Below are positions 1 through 10,781 of a DNA stretch of 64,000 nt, piece by piece. This stretch comes from Balanoglossus misakiensis. Lineage: Eukaryota; Animalia; Hemichordata. Numbering within the stretch: position 1 is the first letter of the stretch; every line of letters begins with the position of its first letter. The notes beneath the pieces are model-generated. The model ran no database searches, was not told where the DNA came from, and was given only the letters and a program-made list of their open reading frames with translations. The DNA is taken from NCBI GenBank assembly GCA_040954595.2, contig CM082581.2, positions 10,663,099 to 10,727,098 on the forward strand. Direction: 5' to 3'. The position numbers were made by a program, and so were the translations under genes.

Positions 1-864
1 ATATATATGGCATCAGTATCCTACGCTACCATAAGTGTTTACATCTTACTGGCAATAAGAAAATCATCACCCCTATGATTGGTGCATAGTTCTCATAAAA
101 CTTGTGTGTGAACATTTACTTGAAGGACAAAATAATTTGTTCTGGGAATACATAGCCAAGAGAAGTCTTGGGCAGCTGTCAAAGTATCAGAACAGCTTAA
201 CTAACTGGTCATTTTCCACCCCATGCCCAAATCATACTTTTTATATAACCAACCACATGGAGTACAGAATCAGTTGGCTGTCCCTTGTACAACAAACATA
301 CAGAAACTGCATTGCAATGTAGTTATACAATTATGCCATTATTTATAACTGTCCATATTCTCAGTGCCTGGTTATGTGGCGTGTTGCTTGTATCCAACAT
401 ACTATGTGAAGCCACTCAACCAACCTAAAGATGTATGCAAGGAATTGACAGAAACTAGGGGAAAAATCAGCAGTGTGCATGTAATGTAAAACACTCAAAT
501 CACCATGATGTTAGTATTACTAAACAATGTGACCCGTGAGACTGCAAAGTATGGCCTGTCTTACTGAATTGTTTGATTTCATTCACTTCAGAAGAACTTT
601 TCATATTTTCATCTCCATATTTTGTATTCTGACCTGAAGGTCGGAGGGAGAGGTGAACACCAGTTGTACTGTAAGCGTTGTATGCATTTCTGTAAATGCA
701 ACAGTGCCAAGATAAATTTTGTATTAAACAATAACTCCAGTCATTGGATGAAAAAGTTGTGTGCTTTTCGTTTGTTTTATTATTATGGTAATGCGAGTAT
801 TTGGGCAGCCAACACAAAGGCCTGTGGGCTACAATTATTGCATGAAGATGCAGATTTAAGCATT

Positions 865-2884
865 TCAACTCCACTCAAACAAAACATCAAGATTTTCTCT
901 CTTGATCATCCGTTTGATCTTGTCACTGTCTTTCCGGCTAATTTCCCGGCATTGCAGCACTGAAATCTCCCGGATAACGTTCTCGTGGTCACGCAGCAAT
1001 GTATAGATCGGCTCGCGTGAGAGCTCGTCACAACCGTACACCTTCATTTTTCTGAGACTTAAAAATCTGTTCGAATCGAACACATCAAGAAGCACAGAAT
1101 CATTGAAGCTTTGGACGTGGATGATGTCAATTGTCTGAAGTTTGAGACTGTTCCTCAGGAGGAACGACAATGTGTCTGCTGAGATGTCCTCTTCCTTGGC
1201 ATAGAGGACCAACTGGCTGAGCTTACTGAAGGGTTTGCAGGTTGGACTCTCGGCTTGCCGTTGGAAAGGAGACGCCTCCTGGAAATGGGCATCGTCTAGT
1301 GGTCTGACGTCGATCGTCAGCTCCAGCAGATCTGGACAGAAGTAGCCCACGGCATAGACATCAATATCATTGATATCCTGCAGATTCAACTTCTTCAGGT
1401 TGCGACCGACTTGCGTGAGAATCGGCAGAACGTTGTCTTCGAACAGAACGTTCTCATGGTGGCCACTAAGGGTGAAGTCTTGTAGATTGGCCAGGGATGT
1501 GACGTGTTGAAGTCCACTGTAGGTGAAACCGCCAGGCCCTGCCAGTACAAACTTGGACACCTCTAGGCAGTTAATGCAGGCCAGGTATATACTGTGATCT
1601 GTGACTTTGGGAAACGAGCTATCGGCGACCAATGATCGCAACTGGCACCTGGTATCAGTCGATGACAACCCTACGCTGCAGCCCTCGCTGCTCTGGCCTT
1701 CTTGTAGAAACCCTTCCTCAAACACGGAGAAGATATTGATCCAGTTGAGGTGCTTGATGTTGGGCATGTGGTTGATGATGGCAACCACTGCGTCAGTAGA
1801 AACCAATGTGTTGAAGATGTCCAGCCAGAGTAATCCCCGACACCCTCGTCCCTGCTGCGACTCCCTACACATGTAGAATACGACATCATCCTCCACTCGG
1901 ACACCATGAAGGTTGAGTTCTTTCAGCTTGGTGCATTTATCCACAATCGTTCTCAGTGCGTCTCCGTAGCATTTGGTTGAAGCAAAGTTCAGACTGGTGG
2001 CCTGTGTCAGAGACTGGGCTAGTCTTTGAAAAGCTCTTGGTGATACACGGTTGCAGTGGGCCAAGTTTAGCTGTTTTATTCTCTGAAATGGACAAGTATG
2101 AACCATATTACTGTAGTGTTTTACATTAAGAAAAAGTCCACGATTTTTTATACATCCTTTTCATAGGTCTAGCGCCCTCACACGGCCATCATGAATTTCA
2201 GAACTCAACTTTTTGGTTGACTGTGTTTGTGCTATCATGGGGCGTGGTTTCTGGATTGCTGTTGCTATGGTGACAATTATGTCATTATTGGAGAAGCACA
2301 GACATACCTGGCATCGCACTGCGATGGTGAAAATCATTTCATCATTGATAAGCCTGTTGCATCCACTGAGATCCAAAGACTCAACTCTGCTGTGAAGGAG
2401 CAGCTGAAGGTGTGGTTTATTGATGGTACCCTTCTCAACCAGAACAGAAACTATCTCCTTGATCTCACATGAAGCTGTGAAAAGAGGAAGGGAATTTGTT
2501 AATCCCAAATGGCTCTACTGCCTTCAAACTGCACATTTTTTTGCAAAAAAAAATATGAACGCTGTTTCAATGATGACACTACAAAATGCCAAACAAATCG
2601 ACTCAGGCTAGGCTGGTCGCTCCGGGCCTCGCCATGTCATACCGCCAGTGGCGCACTAGCGAAGGATCCAGGAGGTATAAGAACAAAGTCCAAAGATAGG
2701 CTAGAAATTAAAAGGCAAAAGCATCGATTGACTTACTCAGCTCTTCGAAAGGTCCAATAATGTGCAGAAAGTTATGTTTTCCAAAATAATTCTTGGTGTA
2801 GTCCTCGCAAAAGACATCGATATTTCTTGTGATGTTGTCGATACATATCTGCTTCAGTGATGAGGCGCTTTTCCGACATGGCAT
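865..2884 (-). CDS. Leucine-rich-repeat protein with N-terminal BC-box (AMN1/FBXL-like, probable cullin-RING substrate adaptor), 3 exons, 510 aa
   Basis: Exons 2884-2737, 2474-2308 and 2082-865 join in frame (phases 1, 0) with GT-AG sites. The start is MPCRKSASSLKQICIDNI and the stop is TGA at 867-865. There are repeated cysteine-containing LRR motifs (VESLDLSGCNRLINDE, IKQLNLAHCNRVS, LKELNLHGVRVED, LKKLNLQDI). SLKQICIDNI fits the BC-box consensus [STP]LxxxCxxx[IV]. Confidence 0.85.
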
Positions 2885-3234
2885 ATTCTCTTGATAATTT
2901 GTTTTGGTTTGGATTGGGCGTCGAGACCTGGGGAAAGAATCTACCTTCCCGTCTACAGCATACTGAGTTTGAACTTCAACTATACTTCCGCATATTCGGA
3001 CCACAAACTTACACAATTTCGCAACACTGTGAAATCCTGAACTGCTATATTTGCGTATAGGTCATTGTGAGGTTAAAGGTCAAAGGTGAAACATCGCCTG
3101 ATGTGGGTTTCAAAACGCGTTCCATCATCAGGGATCCGTCCAGTTCCACGTTTTCACCTGGCAGAAATATTGCAGACGCTGCGTTTGGCATCTTCAGTTG
3201 GTGTGTGCAAAGATTGTTACCAAGACATTAAAAT
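2885..3234. promoter_or_regulatory. Short bidirectional promoter/5'UTR region between the divergent LRR and SDR genes
   Basis: Only 350 bp separate the two oppositely oriented start codons (2884 minus, 3235 plus). Confidence 0.7.
3059..3089 (+). promoter_or_regulatory. Cluster of four nuclear-receptor half-sites (DR5 + DR1 + DR1)
   Basis: AGGTCA-ttgtg-AGGTTA-a-AGGTCA-a-AGGTGA read directly from the sequence. Function is inferred only. Confidence 0.5.
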
Positions 3235-5449
3235 ATGTATCTGTATTTGATTATAGCAGCGGCTGTTGTTTTAATTTTCACAGTCATCAAGCTGCACATC
3301 GCGAACATGAAGGGCGTGTGCAGGAGTGAAGCTGACCTGACCGGCAAAACCGCCGTCGTGACCGGAGCTACTCGAGGTAAGCGGTCATTTGGGATCGCTC
3401 ATGTCGATCCCGAGACAGGATTCAACTTTTCACCTTGTTTATACATTTATATACATTATATAATATTAATACCAAAGTCAGTTCTGTTATAACTGGTGCA
3501 CATATGACATCCACTAGTATGAAATGTGATTAAGTCCAAGAACGCACACCCTTCATACAGAAATATTTCAGTGAAGTTGTTTCAATATACATTTACCATA
3601 GCTCTGGACTTATGCGCTGTTTGGGTCTACGCTGCTTCCATAGCTGTGGGGGACGGAGAGCAGCGTAGACCGAAACAGCGCATAAGTCCAGAGCTACATT
3701 TACCATTGTTTAACATCAAAGAAATGTCTATTCACAGGTATTGGGTTTGAAGTTGCCATGGATTTGGCAAGAAGGAAAGCCCGTCTGATCATGGCTTGTT
3801 TAACCCCTGATGAGGGCAAACGTGCAGCCGATGAGATCAAGAAGAAAACGGGAAACAACGACATAGTGCTCAAACAAGTCGATCTGTCGTCTCTAAGTTC
3901 AGTGCGAAAATTGGCTGAAGAAATCAAAACACAAGAATCAAGAGTAGATATACTTGTCAACGTTGCTGGGGTTGCAGGTAATTTTGGACATGTTTTCATT
4001 GAAAATGAAAATCCCCATTTTGCAGCACTGAAGTGGCTGTTTATCTGACTTTTGTCATTTGTGCCAAACAGGTTTACCAAAGAAAGAAACTGAAGACAAG
4101 CTGGAACGAACATTTGCTATTAATTTCTATGGACCATTTCTGTTGACTTCTTTATTACTAGGTAAGTGAAAGATGAAGTATTTTGTCCCTCAGAGATTTT
4201 TTATTCTGTAGAGATTGCAATGTAAGAAACACGAAGTTCACAATATTAACTGTTGTTTCAGCTGTGCAGGTACATTTTCGAGGTCTGTTAAATCACATTT
4301 TAGTTCTGGCTAACCAAGACCAGTCTACTTTGCATGCACCCCAAGTTTTAACTTCCACATATTTTAAACCCCCCAGATATGTTGAAGAAGTCAGCACCAG
4401 GCCGTATCGTCAATGTGACCTCCATAGCTCACCAGTGGGGTGCCATTGACTTTGATAATCTCCGAGGAGATAAGTGGTTCTTTATGCCCAGGTCCTACTT
4501 CGACAGCAAGTTGGCAATCGTCCTGGCAACGCGAGAATTGGGTCGTCAGCTGGAAGGCACAGGTATATGACTGCGGTCCCTTCAACATTATCCCCTTTGT
4601 TGCAATTGTATCAAAAATTCATATTGTAGGATTTCTATTGTAGGATTTACTTGACATTCTCATTTATTGGATTTCAGGCGTGATCGTCAACTGTTGCCAT
4701 CCGGGTTCAGTCAACACCAGTTTCCTTGACAACATGCCGTTCTTTGTACGTATGTTTACGACTCCAATTGGACAGATATTCTGGAGGGTAGGTTGAAAAT
4801 GTTTCATTGCTTAGTTTAATACGTACTAGTCTGAGCCATTTTTCCCCCCAGGATTAGTTGATACAGTATGGCTTATACGGTAACAATGTAAAAATCGTAA
4901 CATTTTTAGAAAGTGGACGTATAATATAAGCCCTCCTGAGGTGTGTTTATGCTATTGTCATTTCTCTTTCTTTTCTGTAACAATCGCAGCTCAGCTGATC
5001 AGCTACTATTCAAACATTAGCTGTGCTCTCCGTGGCTTTGGAAAGAATATTTGATATTACATGTACCGCCCCCAAGAAAGTCTAATACAGGCTGCATTAT
5101 TTAGTGCATAAAATCTAGTGGAGCAATAGGTAGCCCACAAGAGAATATAAATTAGAAATGTCTGCTGTTTTAACACATGCAGAATAAATTTGTTAAAGGT
5201 TCTACAGTGCGGACAAAATAGTTTTCAACGTTTTGATGTAAATCAATAAATCTATCTTGCTTGGCTTCTCAGACACCAAGAGAGGGTGCCCAGACTCCTA
5301 TTCATCTCGCCGTAAGCGAAGATGTGAAGGGAATCACTGGAAAGTACTTCAGTGAGTGTAAGATTGATAACCCGGCCAAGCAAGCCACGGATGATAACGT
5401 TGCCAGAAAACTGGTTGAAGCAACAGAAAAATTGGTGGGCCTGCAGTAG
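3235..5449 (+). CDS. Retinol dehydrogenase 11/12/13/14-like short-chain dehydrogenase/reductase, 6 exons, 314 aa
   Basis: Exons 3235-3376, 3738-3977, 4072-4161, 4377-4562, 4678-4787 and 5273-5449 splice GT-AG in frame (945 nt). Motifs: N-terminal hydrophobic anchor, TGATRGIG (TGxxxGxG), VDLSSLSSVR, VNVAG, AINFYGPFLLT, RIVNVTS, catalytic YFDSK, HPGSVNT, TPREGAQT and GKYFSEC. Confidence 0.93.
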
Positions 5450-5679
5450 AATGAGCAACTGTTAGCCTGCCCTCTAGTGGTGGCTTTTGCATTTAGTCTG
5501 ACAAAAATTCGGTCAGTGTTGGTAACTGCAGGTGGTTCTAGAAATTCGTTGTTGTGAATTTGTGTAACCTAGTTGTGACTGTTTCATATCTACTTTTTTT
5601 AAAATTCGCTGTTTCAAATTTTGTCAAAAAGTTTAATGTTCAACAGCATTTTTGTGCAAAATGGTGCAAGAAGTTCTGA

Positions 5680-5685
5680 AATAAA
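5680..5685 (+). terminator. Candidate polyadenylation signal of the SDR gene
   Basis: First AATAAA about 230 nt after the stop codon. Confidence 0.4.
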
Positions 5686-5938
5686 ACTAGTTTATTCTTA
5701 TGAAGTGGGTTTTCCCACATATAACCATGACACACTGACATACTTTGAAGTCTTTGAAATCATTCCAGAATTTATTAAATTTTGTATGCTTAATTTTCTT
5801 AAATTGTACTATCTAGGATTTATGCGAAAAGGGGAAAAAATCAGTTTAAGACCATATCTATTATCATCAATGTTTCGATCCCAAGAGGGGAGTCATCACA
5901 CACAAAACTTTGCTTCATGTTTCAAAGTGAACACGTAG

Positions 5939-5944
5939 TTTATT
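5939..5944 (-). terminator. Candidate polyadenylation signal of the RTK gene (would imply a ~3.7-kb 3'UTR)
   Basis: AATAAA on the minus strand near the convergent SDR 3' end. No coding exon was found between 5.5 and 9.6 kb. Confidence 0.3.
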
Positions 5945-7490
5945 CACCGTATCAACACTAAGTTGTCATAAATACAAAGACGTGTGACATTCAAAAGCTG
6001 ACAGGACAAAGAGATGGCAAAGTGGTTCTCTTAATTAAAAAAATCTTTAAAAATCACCATATTCCAACCTAACAGCAGTAGTAGAGTAAATGAAACACCA
6101 CCATTTGAGATCAGTTCTACAGATTAAATCAATGCACCCTTTTTTTGATACAGTTCTGTAAATGTCACTTATCGTCACTATGTAAATCCGATCTTATTTT
6201 CAATTCGAGATTTCTATTACTGATAAAAAACATACAGCAATATACCGGTAGATGAAAATGTAACAAAATGCAGTAGCACCTAATACAGTATCAAGCTTTC
6301 TTGGGCGTAATACCAGTGTGTTACTTCTCTTGTAACGTGTATGTTAATTGGTCAAGCGACTGCTCAATCAGCAATAAGCTACTCATCAACTGAAATCGTC
6401 CAAAATCCATACTTAAAGATAATGAAACAACAATGATAAGTTATAACAGCATTATTATTATTATTTTTTTCTTGACATAGCCCCAAGACTATGTACTTGC
6501 GTTTTTACATTAAGTGCGGTAATTTGAGTTGAATAACAAAACTGAACTTTCATATTAAGTCAAAGACGTGCAGTGAGGAAATTAGCAAGGGACAGCTTTG
6601 CGATATATCTATAAAATATCCATTAGCAGAAATGCCTTGGCAATTGTAGATGACACTTCTCTGCCTTTCACAATTTGAGATGATGCCTTCGGGAAGACTA
6701 TGCTGAATGCTATTCAACCCTCTTGTACACATCATTCATACGTTTAGTGCAATAACTATTGACTGCAAATCCAGATATGGCCCAGTTTTACATCTCATTA
6801 CACATAGCTCCCTGTATTGACAGTTTGAGGTTGATGGACAAATGGTGACCGTCAGATTTGAGGTCTGCACAGAAGATACGGAAGTACTGGGTATATAGTT
6901 ATAGCAGATAACACCTACATTTATATCTATAGTCTGTCCACTTCCATCTTTATCACACATGTCTCGTGAACACATTGCATGATTCGTAGAAAGACTGTAA
7001 CACTTTAAAAATTGCAGTATGTATTCAGAACATTCTGTAGACCTGCTACTAAATCTTGACATGAACATTTGGTGTTATTTCCCTGTGAAATTGATTAAAT
7101 ATGTCTCCCAATTTGTCTTTTGTCTATTTCTACGAAAAATTCCATGTAAAATAATTGTGTCTCCCAAATCATATTAAAATGTACTATACATATATATATA
7201 CTATACATATATATATACTTGTACTATTTAATCCACCAGGGTACAATGTAATTATCAGACTGTTAGTTCGTAATTATTGTTCTGCAAAGGCAAGCTGTCA
7301 TGCAGTACAGTGTAATTGAAATATAAAAGTGAAAAAAACATATAAATTCCTTCATCTGCAACTAATACAAAATGTCATTTGACAAGCAGAGCAGATGTTT
7401 CCTCCCAGCTGTGTGTGTAGTCTTTTCAGAAAATATTGATGAAGGAAGGACATTTTTGAAGATTGAAAGGTACAAACTGACGGTGGAGGA

Positions 7491-7597
7491 CATTCTCTGC
7501 AGAGATTGTTAGCTAGGGGGACTGGTCGCATCAGTCAGACCCCCTAGCTCAGTTAGAATTATCAACACGCTACAATCTCTCATGGTACGGAGAATGG
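7491..7597. mobile_element. ~105-bp hairpin MITE-like element, copy 1
   Basis: Ends CATTCTC...GAGAATG, with an internal hairpin AGCTAGGGGG...CCCCCTAGCT. It matches 8252-8350 in inverted orientation (shared GTTAGAATTATC..CACGCT..TACGGAGAAT). Confidence 0.6.
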
Positions 7598-8251
7598 CTG
7601 GAGGTATGCTTTGTTTTCAGGTCAGGTGATGGTGATATGTCCAGTGTTGTATGTGAGACTTTAGTTTTGTAAGAAACTGGTTTGTTTTTTATCTAGCGAA
7701 AAATCATTCCCTTGAGGTAAAACACTATCAAAGTAAACACGCACAGCCCTAGGATTGAACATAAAAATATGCCAAGAATTAATACTGACATCATCACTTC
7801 TGAACTGTAAGGCACAAAAGAAATTAATGTTGAAACTGAACTCCTGAATAGTTTTCTTATCGACAATATTGTTATGTACAAATCCAAACCCTAATAAACA
7901 GGAAAGTTAAACCATCTGAAGAACTAGACTTTACAATTTTAAATGTCTTGAAAAACTCAGTCTTATTTCGGTAGTGAGTGAATTTATCTGAACAAGAAAG
8001 TGGTGTAACAGGAAGAAAACTAATTGTACATCAAACATTGGTTTGTACACGTATATACCTGCTGTCCAATAATATTTGACATTTATACAGATGTAACAAC
8101 TTCTAGTTTGTTTGTATTGTGCTCGCTTTTTTGCATGGTTACATTTCGAGTTTTTAATACAAAATTTACAGTACATTTAACAACTGTACATGTCAAGGTG
8201 ATCCTGCAAGACGGAGTTTATAAATCTTGAATTAACGACACATGTAAACAG

Positions 8252-8350
8252 CTATTCTCCGTATAGAGAAGCGTGGATAATTCTAACCTAGATAGGGGGC
8301 CAGTCAGAACCCCTAACTAGGTTAACCACAAACTTCGTGCGGAGAATGGT
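8252..8350. mobile_element. ~100-bp hairpin MITE-like element, copy 2 (inverted relative to copy 1)
   Basis: Terminal inverted repeats ATTCTCCGTA / TGCGGAGAAT and an internal CTAGATAGGGG...CCCCTAACTAG hairpin. Confidence 0.6.
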
Positions 8351-9668
8351 AGACTGCCAACACAAACCGAGGTAAGACAATATTTCGAAATGACAACCGT
8401 TGTAGACGTGTTACGTCTTCTGTAGTTCATTTAGAGTATTAAGATGTCACTAGAGGAATCAACTTAGCAGGCCACACATTCGATTCAGCGCATGTTGCGG
8501 AAGCGTGGCACCTCGTGCATTTGTTTACGGCTGGCTGCAATGTGCTCCTTATAGCACAACACAGCCAGCGGTAGCATTGGGAGCAGGGGACCAGACCCCC
8601 AGAGTTATTAGCATATCAATATGGCGGTAGCACAATACCAGATGACTTTGTCACGTGTCAGGATTTGGGCAATGTGAAGCCACTTTTTACACAAGTTAAG
8701 AAATATCTGCAAAAAACTCCACATAAAAACGAATATTTCATATAGGATCTTGTCAAAATTGTATGAACAGAACTAATATCAAAAATACAGCGTTTTGACT
8801 GTGCAAATAAGCATAACATGGCAGTTAGGCCTGATATAAAACCCGCTTTCCTTGCATTTCTGACGAGCTTATAACATATAATGCGAATATTTACGTCGTG
8901 TTACGAATGCAGCTTCATTATTTTATTCCCATTCGGTGTGCCAGCACAGTTGGGAGTATTTCTAAGAATCTGTTACTCGTACTTCAATTTTAACGTTAAC
9001 ATTATTATAAATACACAAGTAGTTGTTTTAACAATTACGAAGTGAACAAACATATAATTCTGAAAAATACGATGTGATTAAAGGAATGCCCATCATCTCA
9101 AATTTTCATATGCCCATAAATATTGTCAAAAGACCGCGTATAAACTTTGTTATGGCGCTCGGCTTTTCGTGTGCTCACCCAAGCGAAAATCTGCGATTTG
9201 TTAGCCCACAACTGTCCATGGTAACTGTGCCTAAATTTGCATAGGCGACCCTATACCTGTTACATGTAATACGGGTACGGTATTTAACGCACGATTCATA
9301 GTTTTGTCGAGACATTCTTTTGGCACAAAGCGATATATACGCTTACTGTGATCCAGCGCATGTGCAAAAATTATGCTGTAAAGAATGAACACTGATCATC
9401 ATAATTGGTAAATAAACACTGAGACGAAAATGTATCTTGGGGGTAGGGTATTACCAGGCGAGATAGGACGGAACTCAAGTAAAACTAACGAAATTATCAA
9501 TATGCACCTTTATGATTAGGCAACATAGACCCCAGTAAAAGACACTGTTGCTTCTAGTGTAAATCTAGACGTTGATGTACTTGATTTCTATTAGGCCAAT
9601 TATGGAACAGCATTTAAAAAAAGTTTGGACGAAGTGAAAAGTGTCCTGAAATCTTTCCACATAAATAC

Positions 9669-10781
9669 TCAAACTCTCGTGCTTTCCAAAATGTTGATGT
9701 TTTCATATGCAAGGCCGGTTGCTTTGTCCGTCGGCAGTTTACCATCAGAGACAGGTACTGATGTATTTATTGGAGATGTTGGGATGCCATTGACATTATT
9801 TTCGGAACGTGTAGATTCCAGCCGGTCAAGTCCAGGGATTGGACGTGCAAGTGATTGTTTGCCATGTTCAAAAACGTTTCTCCTGGTATGATTCAGTGGT
9901 CTTGATTGGCCAGCATGGTCATATGTCTTTCTTCTGATTGGCTGGAGCTGTATGACATGCCCCTGAGAGACAGGCTGAGAGCAGCTGGTGCTGCGTCGGG
10001 TGGCTGACTTCGGTTCCAAAGGATGACGTTGTTCCCTTCCCGTAATACTTTGGTTTTGTGAACTGTGTGATATCGCCCGGTTCTGGAAATGCCCCGTGTG
10101 CAGTGTATTCCCAACACAGCCATTTTTAAAACCCACATCTGGACAGTTTGAATTGCTTTGAAGAGACAAATTTGGTTCTGATCGTCTTTGTTTGGCCTTT
10201 TCGTATTGGCGACCTCCGCCGAACGAGCCTGGCAGATTTGTCGTCGACTTGCGCCCCTTTGGCTGTGTGGAAATGGCTTGGAACTGCTCATAGGAAAAAT
10301 TATTGAGGTACATGGCGGGCAGACCTGGCACTTCATGATTAGAAACTGTATTTGGTGTCGAGGTAACGCTGCTACGACAGCCTCGGCTTGTCTTGGAAGA
10401 TACCTCGACTGGTGTTTCCCCCATACTCGGCGAGACGTCGTGGTATCGTTCTGACGGTGGCGACATCTCTATGCCGCTTGTGCAGGCAATGCTTAGATCG
10501 TCCCTAATGCTCGGCAGACTGCCAACACTTGACGCGGACACCGCTGCTTCGCAAGGGCTGGCGGGGTGTATAAGGGAATGCGAGTCTCCCATGGTGGTAC
10601 TGGAATGGAAATCACTGATGTCTGGGCTGTGGCCACCGGTGGAGTGGCGGGGGGAACTTCCGCTGTCGGCTCCGCTGCTGCTACTCTCACTGCTGTGGAG
10701 ATGAAGATTTATAGGCATCAATACCGGAGACGGCTGACTTAGTAAAAAAAGGAAAGGTTCCCCTGCCAGGTTATACACGAC
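9669..10781 (-). CDS. RTK last exon: ~370-aa Ser/Pro-rich cytoplasmic tail ending [14 protein letters not shown]
   Basis: The acceptor TTCAG|GTC at 10781 is in phase with the donor GCA|gtaagc at 10943. The frame is open to TGA at 9671-9669. Confidence 0.8.
   Translation of the reverse strand, partial: VVYNLAGEPFLFLLSQPSPVLMPINLHLHSSESSSSGADSGSSPRHSTGGHSPDISDFHSSTTMGDSHSLIHPASPCEAAVSASSVGSLPSIRDDLSIACTSGIEMSPPSERYHDVSPSMGETPVEVSSKTSRGCRSSVTSTPNTVSNHEVPGLPAMYLNNFSYEQFQAISTQPKGRKSTTNLPGSFGGGRQYEKAKQRRSEPNLSLQSNSNCPDVGFKNGCVGNTLHTGHFQNRAISHSSQNQSITGREQRHPLEPKSATRRSTSCSQPVSQGHVIQLQPIRRKTYDHAGQSRPLNHTRRNVFEHGKQSLARPIPGLDRLESTRSENNVNGIPTSPINTSVPVSDGKLPTDKATGLAYENINILESTRV

Noticed and set aside
5450-9660. 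Short ORFs between the SDR and RTK stop codons
   Set aside because: AT-rich with no domain motifs or consistent splice pattern; best explained as UTR/intergenic sequence.
9625-10704. Overlapping plus-strand and alternate-frame ORFs over the RTK last exon (similarly 1601-1907 over the LRR gene)
   Set aside because: They are shadow ORFs of GC-richer coding sequence with no independent evidence.
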